Shown in pieces: positions 31,580 to 39,263 of a stretch of DNA of 49,232 nt. The notes below the pieces were generated by a model. That model did no database searches. It saw nothing but the letters and a program-made list of their open reading frames with translations, and was not told the origin of the DNA. This stretch comes from Dehalococcoidales bacterium. GTDB lineage: Bacteria > Chloroflexota > Dehalococcoidia > Dehalococcoidales > RBG-16-60-22. Location: contig JAFGOC010000005.1 in NCBI GenBank assembly GCA_016926705.1, forward strand, positions 1-49,232. Reading direction: 5' to 3'. Positions within the stretch are counted from its first letter, which is position 1. The number at the start of each line of letters is the position of its first letter. Made by a program: the position numbers and the translations under genes.

Positions 31580-32715
31580 CCGATTTTGAGGTAGGCTCGT
31601 ATGAATTAGGACCCATCCGCCCGCCCAATGAGGCTTATTCGCTGCTTGTCCGCGTCACTCACAACTGTCCCTGGAACCGCTGCAAGTTTTGCCCGATTTA
31701 CAAAAACGATAAATTTCAACTTCGCCCGGTTGATGATATTAAGCAGGATATCTTAACCGCACGGGCAATTTACGACAAAATCCTGGAATTGGCCGGGAAT
31801 TCAGCTAGTAGTGATGCAATACGTGAAACGGCAGCCGATGTTTATCACAATGCCCCCAGTGATGCCTGCCGCAATGTCGCTCTCTGGATGTATGCTGGCG
31901 CTAAAAACGCCTTCCTGCAGGATGCCAATTCCCTCATCATGAAAACTCCCGGACTTGTTGAAATTATCAGGTTTCTTAAGAAGACATTCCCTGGTATCGA
32001 GCGTGTTACCAGCTATGCCCGTTCCCACACCGCCGCCAGGAAGAGCCTTGAAGAACTGGTTTCCTTGCGTGAGGCCGGTCTTTCCCGACTTCACCTGGGG
32101 ATGGAGTCCGGCTCCGATGCTGTGCTGGCTTTTATGGATAAGGGGGTTACCGCTGCCGACCATATAGCCGCTGGTAAAAAAGTCAAAGCCTCTGGGATAT
32201 CATTGTCCGAATATGTTATGCCGGGTGCGGGGGGGCAACGATTATGGCGCGAGCACGCCCTGGAAACAGCGTGGGTGCTTAATCAAATCAACCCTGATAT
32301 TATTCGACTCCGCACCTTGACCATCCAGCCGCGGATGCTTTTATTTAAAGATGTGGTTTCCGGCGACTTTGTCCGCTCTACTGACGAAGAAATTGTCGAA
32401 GAAATAAAAGTATTCCTGGAGAACCTTGATTGTACTTCACAAATCTTTAGCGACCACATGATGAATCTACTGCCGGAGATAGAAGGTAAATTGCCGGATG
32501 ATAAGGAACGATTTTTAGAAATTATCCGTACTTTCCAGGTGTTGCCGCCGCATGAGAGGGACATCTACAAATTGGGGAGACGGCTCGCCGTTTATGATAA
32601 ACTTGAAGACCTCGATGACCCTACCCGGCGCGCTGAGGTCGAGCGGATACTGAATCAAATAAAACCTGATGGACTTGATGAAGTGCTGTTCAAGCTGATG
32701 GAGAGGTATGTCTAG
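31576..32715 (+). CDS. Radical SAM domain protein with atypical CX4CX2C cluster spacing
   Basis: VRVTHNCPWNRCKFCPIY, followed by a TIM-barrel-like region (LHLGMESGSD). ATG 31576 overlaps the upstream TGA (ATGA); the ORF is also open from GTG 31570. Confidence 0.78.
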   Translation: MTDFEVGSYELGPIRPPNEAYSLLVRVTHNCPWNRCKFCPIYKNDKFQLRPVDDIKQDILTARAIYDKILELAGNSASSDAIRETAADVYHNAPSDACRNVALWMYAGAKNAFLQDANSLIMKTPGLVEIIRFLKKTFPGIERVTSYARSHTAARKSLEELVSLREAGLSRLHLGMESGSDAVLAFMDKGVTAADHIAAGKKVKASGISLSEYVMPGAGGQRLWREHALETAWVLNQINPDIIRLRTLTIQPRMLLFKDVVSGDFVRSTDEEIVEEIKVFLENLDCTSQIFSDHMMNLLPEIEGKLPDDKERFLEIIRTFQVLPPHERDIYKLGRRLAVYDKLEDLDDPTRRAEVERILNQIKPDGLDEVLFKLMERYV

Positions 32716-33199
32716 CATGTCTGACCTGGAATACGTTATAGGGGCGCTGTTGCGGGAAAAGAGGCTGACTTTAGGCGTGGTGGAATCGGCCACCGGAGGG
32801 CTTATCTCCCACCTGATTACCAACGTGCCGGGCAGTTCCAACTATTTCAAAGGCTCCATCACGGCTTATGCTAATACTACCAAGAGAAAACTGGCCGGCG
32901 TTAAAGCTTCTACCCTCACCCGGTACGGCGCGGTCAGCCCGCAGGTCGCCGTGGAAATGGCCGAAGGCGGCCGGAGGGCACTGGTGGCTGATATCTGCAT
33001 CGCCGATACAGGCATCGCCGGACCGGGCGGTTCAACGCTGGAAAAAGGGGTGGGGCTCTTCTATATAGGCCTGGCGCATAAAAACAGCACCTTAAGCCGC
33101 AAGTTCCAGTTCCAGGGTAGCCGCGAGGAAATCAAGCAAAAGGCTGCCCGTGCCGCATTGAACTGGCTCAAGGACTACCTTGTCTCATTAAGCGACTAA
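32708..33199 (+). CDS. CinA-family protein (PncC-like nicotinamide-nucleotide amidase domain)
   Basis: LGVVESATGGLISHLITNVPGSSNYFKGSITAYAN is the CinA C-terminal domain signature. Confidence 0.85.
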   Translation: MSSMSDLEYVIGALLREKRLTLGVVESATGGLISHLITNVPGSSNYFKGSITAYANTTKRKLAGVKASTLTRYGAVSPQVAVEMAEGGRRALVADICIADTGIAGPGGSTLEKGVGLFYIGLAHKNSTLSRKFQFQGSREEIKQKAARAALNWLKDYLVSLSD

Positions 33200-33213
33200 T
33201 AGAGAACAAGCGT

Positions 33214-34038
33214 ATGGAGATTACCCATTCCTACGAAGGATTAGGTCAGGAGTATTTCAAAGCCAGAAAGGGTACTCCGAAATTTGCTGCATTCGTTGTT
33301 TCTCATGCCGGACCTGTTTCGATTCAAGACAGGACTTTGACCATCCTTGAACTTGGCGTCGGTTCCGGTCAGCAGACCGAATTTGTGGAAAAACAGCTTG
33401 ACTCCGCGGGAATCTCACGATATAAAATCCTCGCCTATGATAAGTCGTCTGACCAGCTGGCCCTGCTTAAGGAAAGAATAAAAAAGGGAGAAATCAGCAG
33501 CAGGGTAATACTAACTCAATATGATTTTGACGGCAAACCTCTACCCCTTGAAGCAGAAAGTATTGACTTTACTTATATGGCCTGGGTATTGCACCACCTG
33601 CACCATCAGCAGGCTGTAATCGGGGAAGTAGCCAGGACCACTCGCAAAGGTGGCGGATTTTTCATGTACCAGGTAACTCGTGAATGCATGCAGCACCATC
33701 CGCTTGATGAATTTTTCCCCATGAAATATGAATATGATAAACAGAGGTATCCCACTCTGCCGCAGTTAAGGCGGATGTTTCTTAATGCGGGGTTTACTTT
33801 TGAAAGACCGCATATAATAAAGGACGATGGCCCGAGATTAATCGACCGCGCGTTTCTGGAAGGTGTCGCCAATACCACCATCGATTCCGTTCTACGAATC
33901 ATTAAAGATAACGACCCCTCTGCTTTTTCGGAAGGTGTTAATCGTCTTAGGCTAGAAGTAGAGAATTCCGAGCGTTCCGGGGAATTCCGTAAATATATGC
34001 ATGTAGATAGAAGTATATTTTGGGGCATTAAGAAATAA
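33214..34038 (+). CDS. Class I SAM-dependent methyltransferase
   Basis: Motif I (ILELGVGSGQQT) and motif II-like (FTYMAWVLHHL). Confidence 0.72.
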   Translation: MEITHSYEGLGQEYFKARKGTPKFAAFVVSHAGPVSIQDRTLTILELGVGSGQQTEFVEKQLDSAGISRYKILAYDKSSDQLALLKERIKKGEISSRVILTQYDFDGKPLPLEAESIDFTYMAWVLHHLHHQQAVIGEVARTTRKGGGFFMYQVTRECMQHHPLDEFFPMKYEYDKQRYPTLPQLRRMFLNAGFTFERPHIIKDDGPRLIDRAFLEGVANTTIDSVLRIIKDNDPSAFSEGVNRLRLEVENSERSGEFRKYMHVDRSIFWGIKK

Positions 34039-34124
34039 CCTGACCTAATTTCTGGTTTTATTGCCAACACCCCTTATCAATGTTATACTCTCACCGTATC
34101 ATCATTTGGATTGGAGATTTTCCT

Positions 34125-34850
34125 GTGAAAAGAGTTGACGGGCGCGCTTATGATGAGCTCAGGCCTCTGAAAATAATCCCTGGATACCAGGACTTCGCGG
34201 AAGGCTCGGCGTTGATAAAACTCGGTAAGACTCATGTTCTTTGTGCTGTCAGTATGGATGACAGGGTGCCCCCTTTTCTTAAAGGCAGCGGCAGCGGCTG
34301 GGTCACTGCCGAATACGCCATGCTACCCCGCGCCACCGTTACCCGCACCCAGCGCGATTCAACACAAGGGCACGTGGGCGGGCGCAACCAGGAAATCCAG
34401 CGTCTTATCGGGCGTTCCCTGCGGGCGGCGACGGATATGGCAGCCCTCGGTGAGAGGACATTAATTGTCGATTGCGATGTGATACAGGCTGATGGAGGCA
34501 CCCGTACTGCAGCCATTACCGGCGCCTATGTCGCTCTCCACCTGGCGATGGAAAAGCTGATGCAGATGGGTATTATTTCGAGGATGCCGCTGAAAAGCGC
34601 TGTCGCGGCCACCAGCGTCGGTATCGTTAACAGCTATATGATGGTCGACCTCTGCTACGATGAAGATTCCCAGGCTGCTGTCGATTTTAATATCGTGATG
34701 ACCAGTAAGTGTGAATTCGTGGAAGTCCAGGGCACCGCCGAAGGCAAGCCTTTCACCCGCCAGTCCATCGACGATTTACTGGCTCTGGCCGAAAAGGGCA
34801 TTCAGCAGCTTTTCAAAGCCCAGCAGGAAGTCCTAAAGGGCGGGAAATAG
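34125..34850 (+). CDS. rph: Ribonuclease PH
   Basis: RVDGRAYDELRPLKI, TAEYAMLPRAT, DCDVIQADGGTRTAAITGA. GTG 34125 has a GGAG 8 nt upstream; the ORF is open from 34080. Confidence 0.93.
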   Translation: MKRVDGRAYDELRPLKIIPGYQDFAEGSALIKLGKTHVLCAVSMDDRVPPFLKGSGSGWVTAEYAMLPRATVTRTQRDSTQGHVGGRNQEIQRLIGRSLRAATDMAALGERTLIVDCDVIQADGGTRTAAITGAYVALHLAMEKLMQMGIISRMPLKSAVAATSVGIVNSYMMVDLCYDEDSQAAVDFNIVMTSKCEFVEVQGTAEGKPFTRQSIDDLLALAEKGIQQLFKAQQEVLKGGK

Positions 34851-36125
34851 CTACGGCCTAACCTGCCCCGTCCCGAAAATAATCCACTTATAGGACGTCA
34901 GTTCTTTAAGCCCCATCGGCCCGCGCGCGTGCAGCTTTTGCGTGCTTATACCTACCTCCGCCCCCAGCCCGAATTGTGCGCCGTCCGTGAACCTGGTGCT
35001 GGCGTTTACATAGACTGCAGCGGCGTCAGTCTCATTGAGAAAGCGCATCGCGCTGTCGTAGTCCTCGGTGATGATGGCCTCGGAGTGCCCGGAGCCATAT
35101 TTACCAATGTGCTCCAGTGCCTCGTCCAGTGAATCGACCACTTTGACGGCGGCCGTCAGCGACAGGAATTCTTTACCCCAGTCTTCACTGGTGGCAGGCA
35201 CGACTTTTAACGATTTATCAGCACCGAGAATTGCCATTGTTTTCTCGTCGCAATGCAGCTCGACCTTGGCTTTATTCAGTTCGGCAGCCATCTCCGGCAG
35301 ATAGCTCGCGGCAATATCGGCATGTACGAGCACCGTGTCCAGCGCGTTGCAGACCGTGGGACGCTGCACCTTGGCGTTATAGACGATGTCCACTGCTCTT
35401 TTAATATCGGCGCTCTTGTCTACGTACGTATGGCATACGCCGATGCCTCCGGTCAGCACCGCCATCGTAGCTTTTGCCGCTACCGACTTTATCAGGCCTG
35501 CTCCGCCTCTGGGGATAATCAGGTCGATAATACCGTTCATTTTCAGCATCTCGTCCACGAGGGCACGGTCGGTGTTATCGATAAACTGGATGCACCCCAC
35601 CGGTACCCCCGCCCGTTTGCAGGCTGATCGCAGTACCTTGACGATGGCTGTGTTGGAGTTAATTGTCTCTTTGCCGCCCCGCAGTATCACAGCATTACCA
35701 GACTTTAAACAAAGCGAGGTTATGTCCACCGTTACGTTGGGCCGACTCTCGTAAATCGCCCCGATGACGCCGATAGGCACTCGTTTCTTCCCGATTTGAA
35801 GTCCGTTGGGCATCGTACGCATCTCGAATACCTCACCGACGGGGTCGGGTAGGGAGGCGACGGTCCGTGTGTCCGCGGCGATGCCTTCAAGCCGGCTTTC
35901 ATTCAACATAAGCCTGTCCAGCAGCGCCGCGCCTATGCCTGTGGCCTTAGCTGCCTTATAGTCCTTCTCATTAGCGGCCAGGATTTCATCTCTCCTTAAA
36001 AGGATATCATCGGCAATATAATTCAATGCCTTATTTTTAATATCTGTAGAGATATATGCCAGCCGGTGCGAGGCGAGCTTGGCCGCTCTACCTTTGGCTT
36101 TCAAATCATCTAAGGCGTTTTTCAT
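34851..36125 (-). CDS. proA: Glutamate-5-semialdehyde dehydrogenase (gamma-glutamyl phosphate reductase)
   Basis: IIPRGGAGLI, catalytic VCNALDTVLVH, GHSEAIIT. Confidence 0.95.
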   Translation of the reverse strand: MKNALDDLKAKGRAAKLASHRLAYISTDIKNKALNYIADDILLRRDEILAANEKDYKAAKATGIGAALLDRLMLNESRLEGIAADTRTVASLPDPVGEVFEMRTMPNGLQIGKKRVPIGVIGAIYESRPNVTVDITSLCLKSGNAVILRGGKETINSNTAIVKVLRSACKRAGVPVGCIQFIDNTDRALVDEMLKMNGIIDLIIPRGGAGLIKSVAAKATMAVLTGGIGVCHTYVDKSADIKRAVDIVYNAKVQRPTVCNALDTVLVHADIAASYLPEMAAELNKAKVELHCDEKTMAILGADKSLKVVPATSEDWGKEFLSLTAAVKVVDSLDEALEHIGKYGSGHSEAIITEDYDSAMRFLNETDAAAVYVNASTRFTDGAQFGLGAEVGISTQKLHARGPMGLKELTSYKWIIFGTGQVRP

Positions 36126-36143
36126 ACTAATCTCCCGGTTAAG

Positions 36144-36650
36144 TTAAGGTGCTTTTAGATTTTCATAATATTGTAGCACAAATTGTGGCATCTGTCCTTT
36201 AGTGCATCTGTACCTGCGTGTATCCGGCCATTGACTTTTTATTTCAGTAACCTGGAATCCGCAGGCACGATAGAAATCTACGGCATCCTGGTCGGTTGTC
36301 AAAGCAACGCTTTTTAACGATAATGTTTTTATAGCCTGCTCAATAAGACCTCTGCCGATATCTCTCATCCTGAAGTCGGGGTGTACCGCAAGGTTCACAA
36401 TCCAGCCGTGTGGTGATGCCGTATGGTCTATTCCAATAAGTCCGGTTATCTTAATGCTATCTGAAGAGATAAAGAGTATGTGCCCTTGCTGTGTATAAAA
36501 CTTAATGAGTATATCTTCCAGTCTCTTAGGTGTGGGATGTCCTGAAGCTAGCGCCAGAATTTCTTTTACATTTACAGGATTATGTGTATCCGGATTGTAT
36601 CTTTCAAATTTCTTGATATATAGTCTCCAACCGCAATAGGTCCCTGTTAT
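36144..36650 (-). CDS. GNAT-family N-acetyltransferase; start uncertain
   Basis: Motif A (VHPDFRMRDIGRGLIEQAI) and FYRACGF. The only canonical start (ATG 36737) overlaps the upstream ORF by 91 nt. In-frame ATA (36650, overlapping the upstream TAA) or ATC (36617, 6 nt after GGAGA) would give a normal 157-168 aa GNAT. Confidence 0.7.
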   Translation of the reverse strand: MTGTYCGWRLYIKKFERYNPDTHNPVNVKEILALASGHPTPKRLEDILIKFYTQQGHILFISSDSIKITGLIGIDHTASPHGWIVNLAVHPDFRMRDIGRGLIEQAIKTLSLKSVALTTDQDAVDFYRACGFQVTEIKSQWPDTRRYRCTKGQMPQFVLQYYENLKAP

Positions 36651-36913
36651 TCGAACTTCCCGCTGCCGCTGAAATGAAATACGTAGCGCGGCGGCAGGCT
36701 GGTTACTGCCCGGTTGACACGCTTTTTCAGAGCGCACCGACTTTTTCGTCCGTCCTCCAGCTCGATGATATACCCCCCGCCGTCCTTAATTTGCTTGTAT
36801 TCGATAAGGGTCAATTCTCCCCACCACCGGTATTCTTCCTCATGCTGGAAATTATAGTTGACATTGGCTATAAATTGCTCGTTAATGGAAATATATAGTT
36901 TACCTGTTGGCAA
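36647..36913 (-). CDS. Hypothetical 88-aa protein between proB and the GNAT gene
   Basis: TTG start with GGGAGG 6 nt upstream, inside the proB 3' end. The sequence is protein-like and beta-rich (YRWWGELTLIEYKQIKDGGGYIIELEDGRKSRCAL). No family recognised. Confidence 0.55.
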   Translation of the reverse strand: MPTGKLYISINEQFIANVNYNFQHEEEYRWWGELTLIEYKQIKDGGGYIIELEDGRKSRCALKKRVNRAVTSLPPRYVFHFSGSGKFE

Positions 36914-38075
36914 TTGGTGCCTCCCTTTTCAGTAGCGCTAGATTGTTGCGGTGGACTACCTCCGGCCCATAATCGGTGTTTAGCAGACTCTTGATTTTAC
37001 TCGATTGGGCCCCTTTTATGATTGCTATATCAGCGGCACTGTAATTCACTATACCGCAGCCGATTTGTGTTCCTTCCGTGTCATAAATCTCGACGATGTC
37101 ACCGCGACCGAACCTGCCTTCTGTATCCTTTATTCCTGCCGCTAGTAGACTGCGTTTATGTTTTTTCAGCGCCAGTGTAGCGCCGGAATCGATAGTCAGT
37201 TTACCCTTAGTGCAGAGGCCTGAAAGCATCCAGCGCCGCCGACTTTCCATGCGGTTCCCCGTGCTTGTAAAATGGGTCCCGATGTGCTCGCCCTTCGCTA
37301 ACCTGATGATGATGTCCCGTTCTCTTCCGTCGGCGATAACCACGCGCACCCCGGAGTCCGTAGCCAGCTTGGCGGCTTCTATCTTGGTTATCATGCCGCC
37401 TGTGCCCTTGGCGTTTTTCGTACTTTTTCCCAGTCGCTTTATGCTGGCGTCTATTTTGTTCACTACCGGGATAAGTTTTGCATTGGGGTTTCTTTTTGGA
37501 TCGGAGTTATAAAGCCCGCCTATATCGGTAAGCATCATCAGTATGTCGGCGTCTATCAAATTGGCTACCATCGCCGAGAGATTATCGTTGTCTCCGAATT
37601 TGGACTCCTTGATTTCATCAATGGATACCACGTCGTTTTCATTGACGATGCAGACTACTCCCAGATCCATCAACGCCAGCAGTGTATTGCGTGCATTTAA
37701 GTAACCGGCCCGGTCGGCGATATCGGCTTTGGTTAGTAGCGCCTGTGCCACGTTGATACTGTATTTTCCGAACATCTCCTCGTATGTATGCATCAGCCTG
37801 CTCTGTCCCACCGATGCCAGCACCTGTTTGAAAGGTATGCCCCTGATTGTTTTGGTCAGCCCCAGCTTATATCTCCCGGCGGTGATAGCCCCGGAACTCA
37901 CCACCACGATTTCAGCACCCTGCTTCTGTAAGCCGGCTATCTGGCTTACCAGATTGGACATTACTTTTTGGTCGAGCTGGTTGCTGCCCCCTGTCAGCAG
38001 GTTGGTACCTAACTTGACCACGAAACGATGGTACGAAAGTTTCATTATCTTACCAGATTTCTTGTTTGAATCCAT
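36900..38075 (-). CDS. proB: Glutamate 5-kinase with C-terminal PUA domain
   Basis: VVKLGTNLLT, VVSSGAI, and a PUA region (GDIVEIYDTEGTQIGCGIVNYSAADI). An alternative start is ATG 38045 (MKLSYHRF). Confidence 0.93.
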   Translation of the reverse strand: MDSNKKSGKIMKLSYHRFVVKLGTNLLTGGSNQLDQKVMSNLVSQIAGLQKQGAEIVVVSSGAITAGRYKLGLTKTIRGIPFKQVLASVGQSRLMHTYEEMFGKYSINVAQALLTKADIADRAGYLNARNTLLALMDLGVVCIVNENDVVSIDEIKESKFGDNDNLSAMVANLIDADILMMLTDIGGLYNSDPKRNPNAKLIPVVNKIDASIKRLGKSTKNAKGTGGMITKIEAAKLATDSGVRVVIADGRERDIIIRLAKGEHIGTHFTSTGNRMESRRRWMLSGLCTKGKLTIDSGATLALKKHKRSLLAAGIKDTEGRFGRGDIVEIYDTEGTQIGCGIVNYSAADIAIIKGAQSSKIKSLLNTDYGPEVVHRNNLALLKREAPIANR

Positions 38076-38148
38076 ATAAAATGCAAACAGTTGTTTCCAT
38101 TATAACATAAGGCAGAATATATTTAATAAAGATATCTAAAAAAACTTG

Positions 38149-38177
38149 TTGACAGATACTATGACGGACAGTACAAT
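38149..38177 (+). promoter_or_regulatory. Consensus promoter abutting the wHTH gene (leaderless-type)
   Basis: TTGACA-17 nt-TACAAT. Only 8 nt separate the -10 from ATG 38186, and there is no SD. Confidence 0.6.
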
Positions 38178-38185
38178 AGTCCTAT

Positions 38186-38518
38186 ATGAATGTGAAGGTG
38201 AATGGTAAGCCTCTATCCAGCACTGCCGGCAAACAAAAATTATCTATCAGGCAGAGGCGTTCCAATATTGAGATAATCGCCGATATGCTGCGGGTAGGTG
38301 AAAATGGCGCTGGTAAAACAGAAATAATGTATACCGCTAACATGAGCTATCACCAAATACAGAAATATCTTGGATATCTGATAGACCAGGGTTTTATAAA
38401 TAGGGTAAATATTGATAATTCCATGGTTGTGTATCAGGTAACGGAAAGCGGTTTTAAACTCCTTAAAGCCATTGATACGCTTTTAAATATGATCGAATCT
38501 ACCCATGATTCGGATTAA
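38186..38518 (+). CDS. Archaeal-type winged-helix DNA-binding protein (HTH_45-like)
   Basis: RRSNIEIIADMLRVGENGAGKTEIMYTANMSYHQIQKYLGYLIDQGFI...YQVTESGFKLLKAID matches the small wHTH family common in archaea. Confidence 0.72.
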   Translation: MNVKVNGKPLSSTAGKQKLSIRQRRSNIEIIADMLRVGENGAGKTEIMYTANMSYHQIQKYLGYLIDQGFINRVNIDNSMVVYQVTESGFKLLKAIDTLLNMIESTHDSD

Positions 38519-38546
38519 CATTTTACATAATCTTCATAATTAAGCT

Positions 38547-38580
38547 AACTCCGGAGCTTATTAGCCCGGGGTTTTTATTA
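38547..38580 (+). terminator. Intrinsic terminator after the wHTH gene
   Basis: AACTCCGG-agcttattagc-CCGGGGTT hairpin running into TTTTTATTAT. Confidence 0.5.
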
Positions 38581-38759
38581 TCGTAAAGAACCCTATATAT
38601 ATTCCGTTATCCCTCCTTATTAATGAAACCTTAAGATAAACTTTATAATTCTTTTATACCCTTTATGTTGATGTTTATGCACCGATGATAGACTGATAAT
38701 AAAGGTATTAATACACGACCCATTAAAATCTGAAATATCAAAGAGGTCAGGTTAAAGCT

Positions 38760-39104
38760 ATGAGAAGGACTCTTTTACTGGATGAAGACGATTTAATAAT
38801 GGTCGTTAAAGAAGATATCGTCAAACAGATTGATGAAAACCGCGGTGAAATGAACCGCACGGAGTTCGTAAATTACCTCATTCAATGCCAATTAAAAGAG
38901 AGCTTAAACCAGCAGAAGTGTATTACCAAGGAGGAGTTCCGGCATTATACCCGTCAGATGACCGACCTCTTGCATAACTTTCTTGAGTTTTTCATCAGCT
39001 ACGGCATGTCCCTGAACAAGGGCCAGCTTGATGAGAATGTCCAAGCGTTAAACAGACAACTGGAATCGTTTTTAAACCCTAAAGAAGATATTGAAGGGCT
39101 TTAA
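38760..39104 (+). CDS. Hypothetical protein with an RHH (CopG/Arc)-like N-terminal region
   Basis: LIMVVKEDIVKQIDENRGEMNRTEFVNYLIQ resembles the strand-helix-helix pattern (..L.eeLd....g.sRSEfIr.ai). A helical C-terminal half follows. Confidence 0.5.
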   Translation: MRRTLLLDEDDLIMVVKEDIVKQIDENRGEMNRTEFVNYLIQCQLKESLNQQKCITKEEFRHYTRQMTDLLHNFLEFFISYGMSLNKGQLDENVQALNRQLESFLNPKEDIEGL

Positions 39105-39158
39105 TTACACTCTGGTACATATTAACCTCCCAGTGTTCAGTTTTCTCAATTAAGTAGA

Positions 39159-39178
39159 ACTATGTTCTAGAACATAGT
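39159..39178. promoter_or_regulatory. 20-bp perfect palindrome ACTATGTTCT|AGAACATAGT (candidate operator)
   Basis: Exact dyad symmetry in the 159-nt spacer upstream of the GH3 gene. Confidence 0.6.
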
Positions 39179-39263
39179 CACTTCCCAAGCTATACCACAT
39201 ATTTTAGTCTTTTCTTGTAAGTTGTATTGTTTTATACGTTTTTTTTACTTGGAGAGGTGACAA

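Noticed and set aside
36144-36913. Classical GNAT toxin / RHH antitoxin (TacAT/AtaRT-like) module.
   Set aside because: The upstream partner shows no RHH/DUF1778-like features. The pair is embedded in the proBA operon with SD-coupled junctions. It is kept only as a minor alternative in the finding.
39159-39178. LexA (Cheo-box-type) SOS operator, because the palindrome contains GTTC/GAAC.
   Set aside because: The orientation and spacing are wrong: GTTC-N2-GAAC rather than GAAC-N4-GTTC. No comparable site precedes uvrC at 45425-45474.
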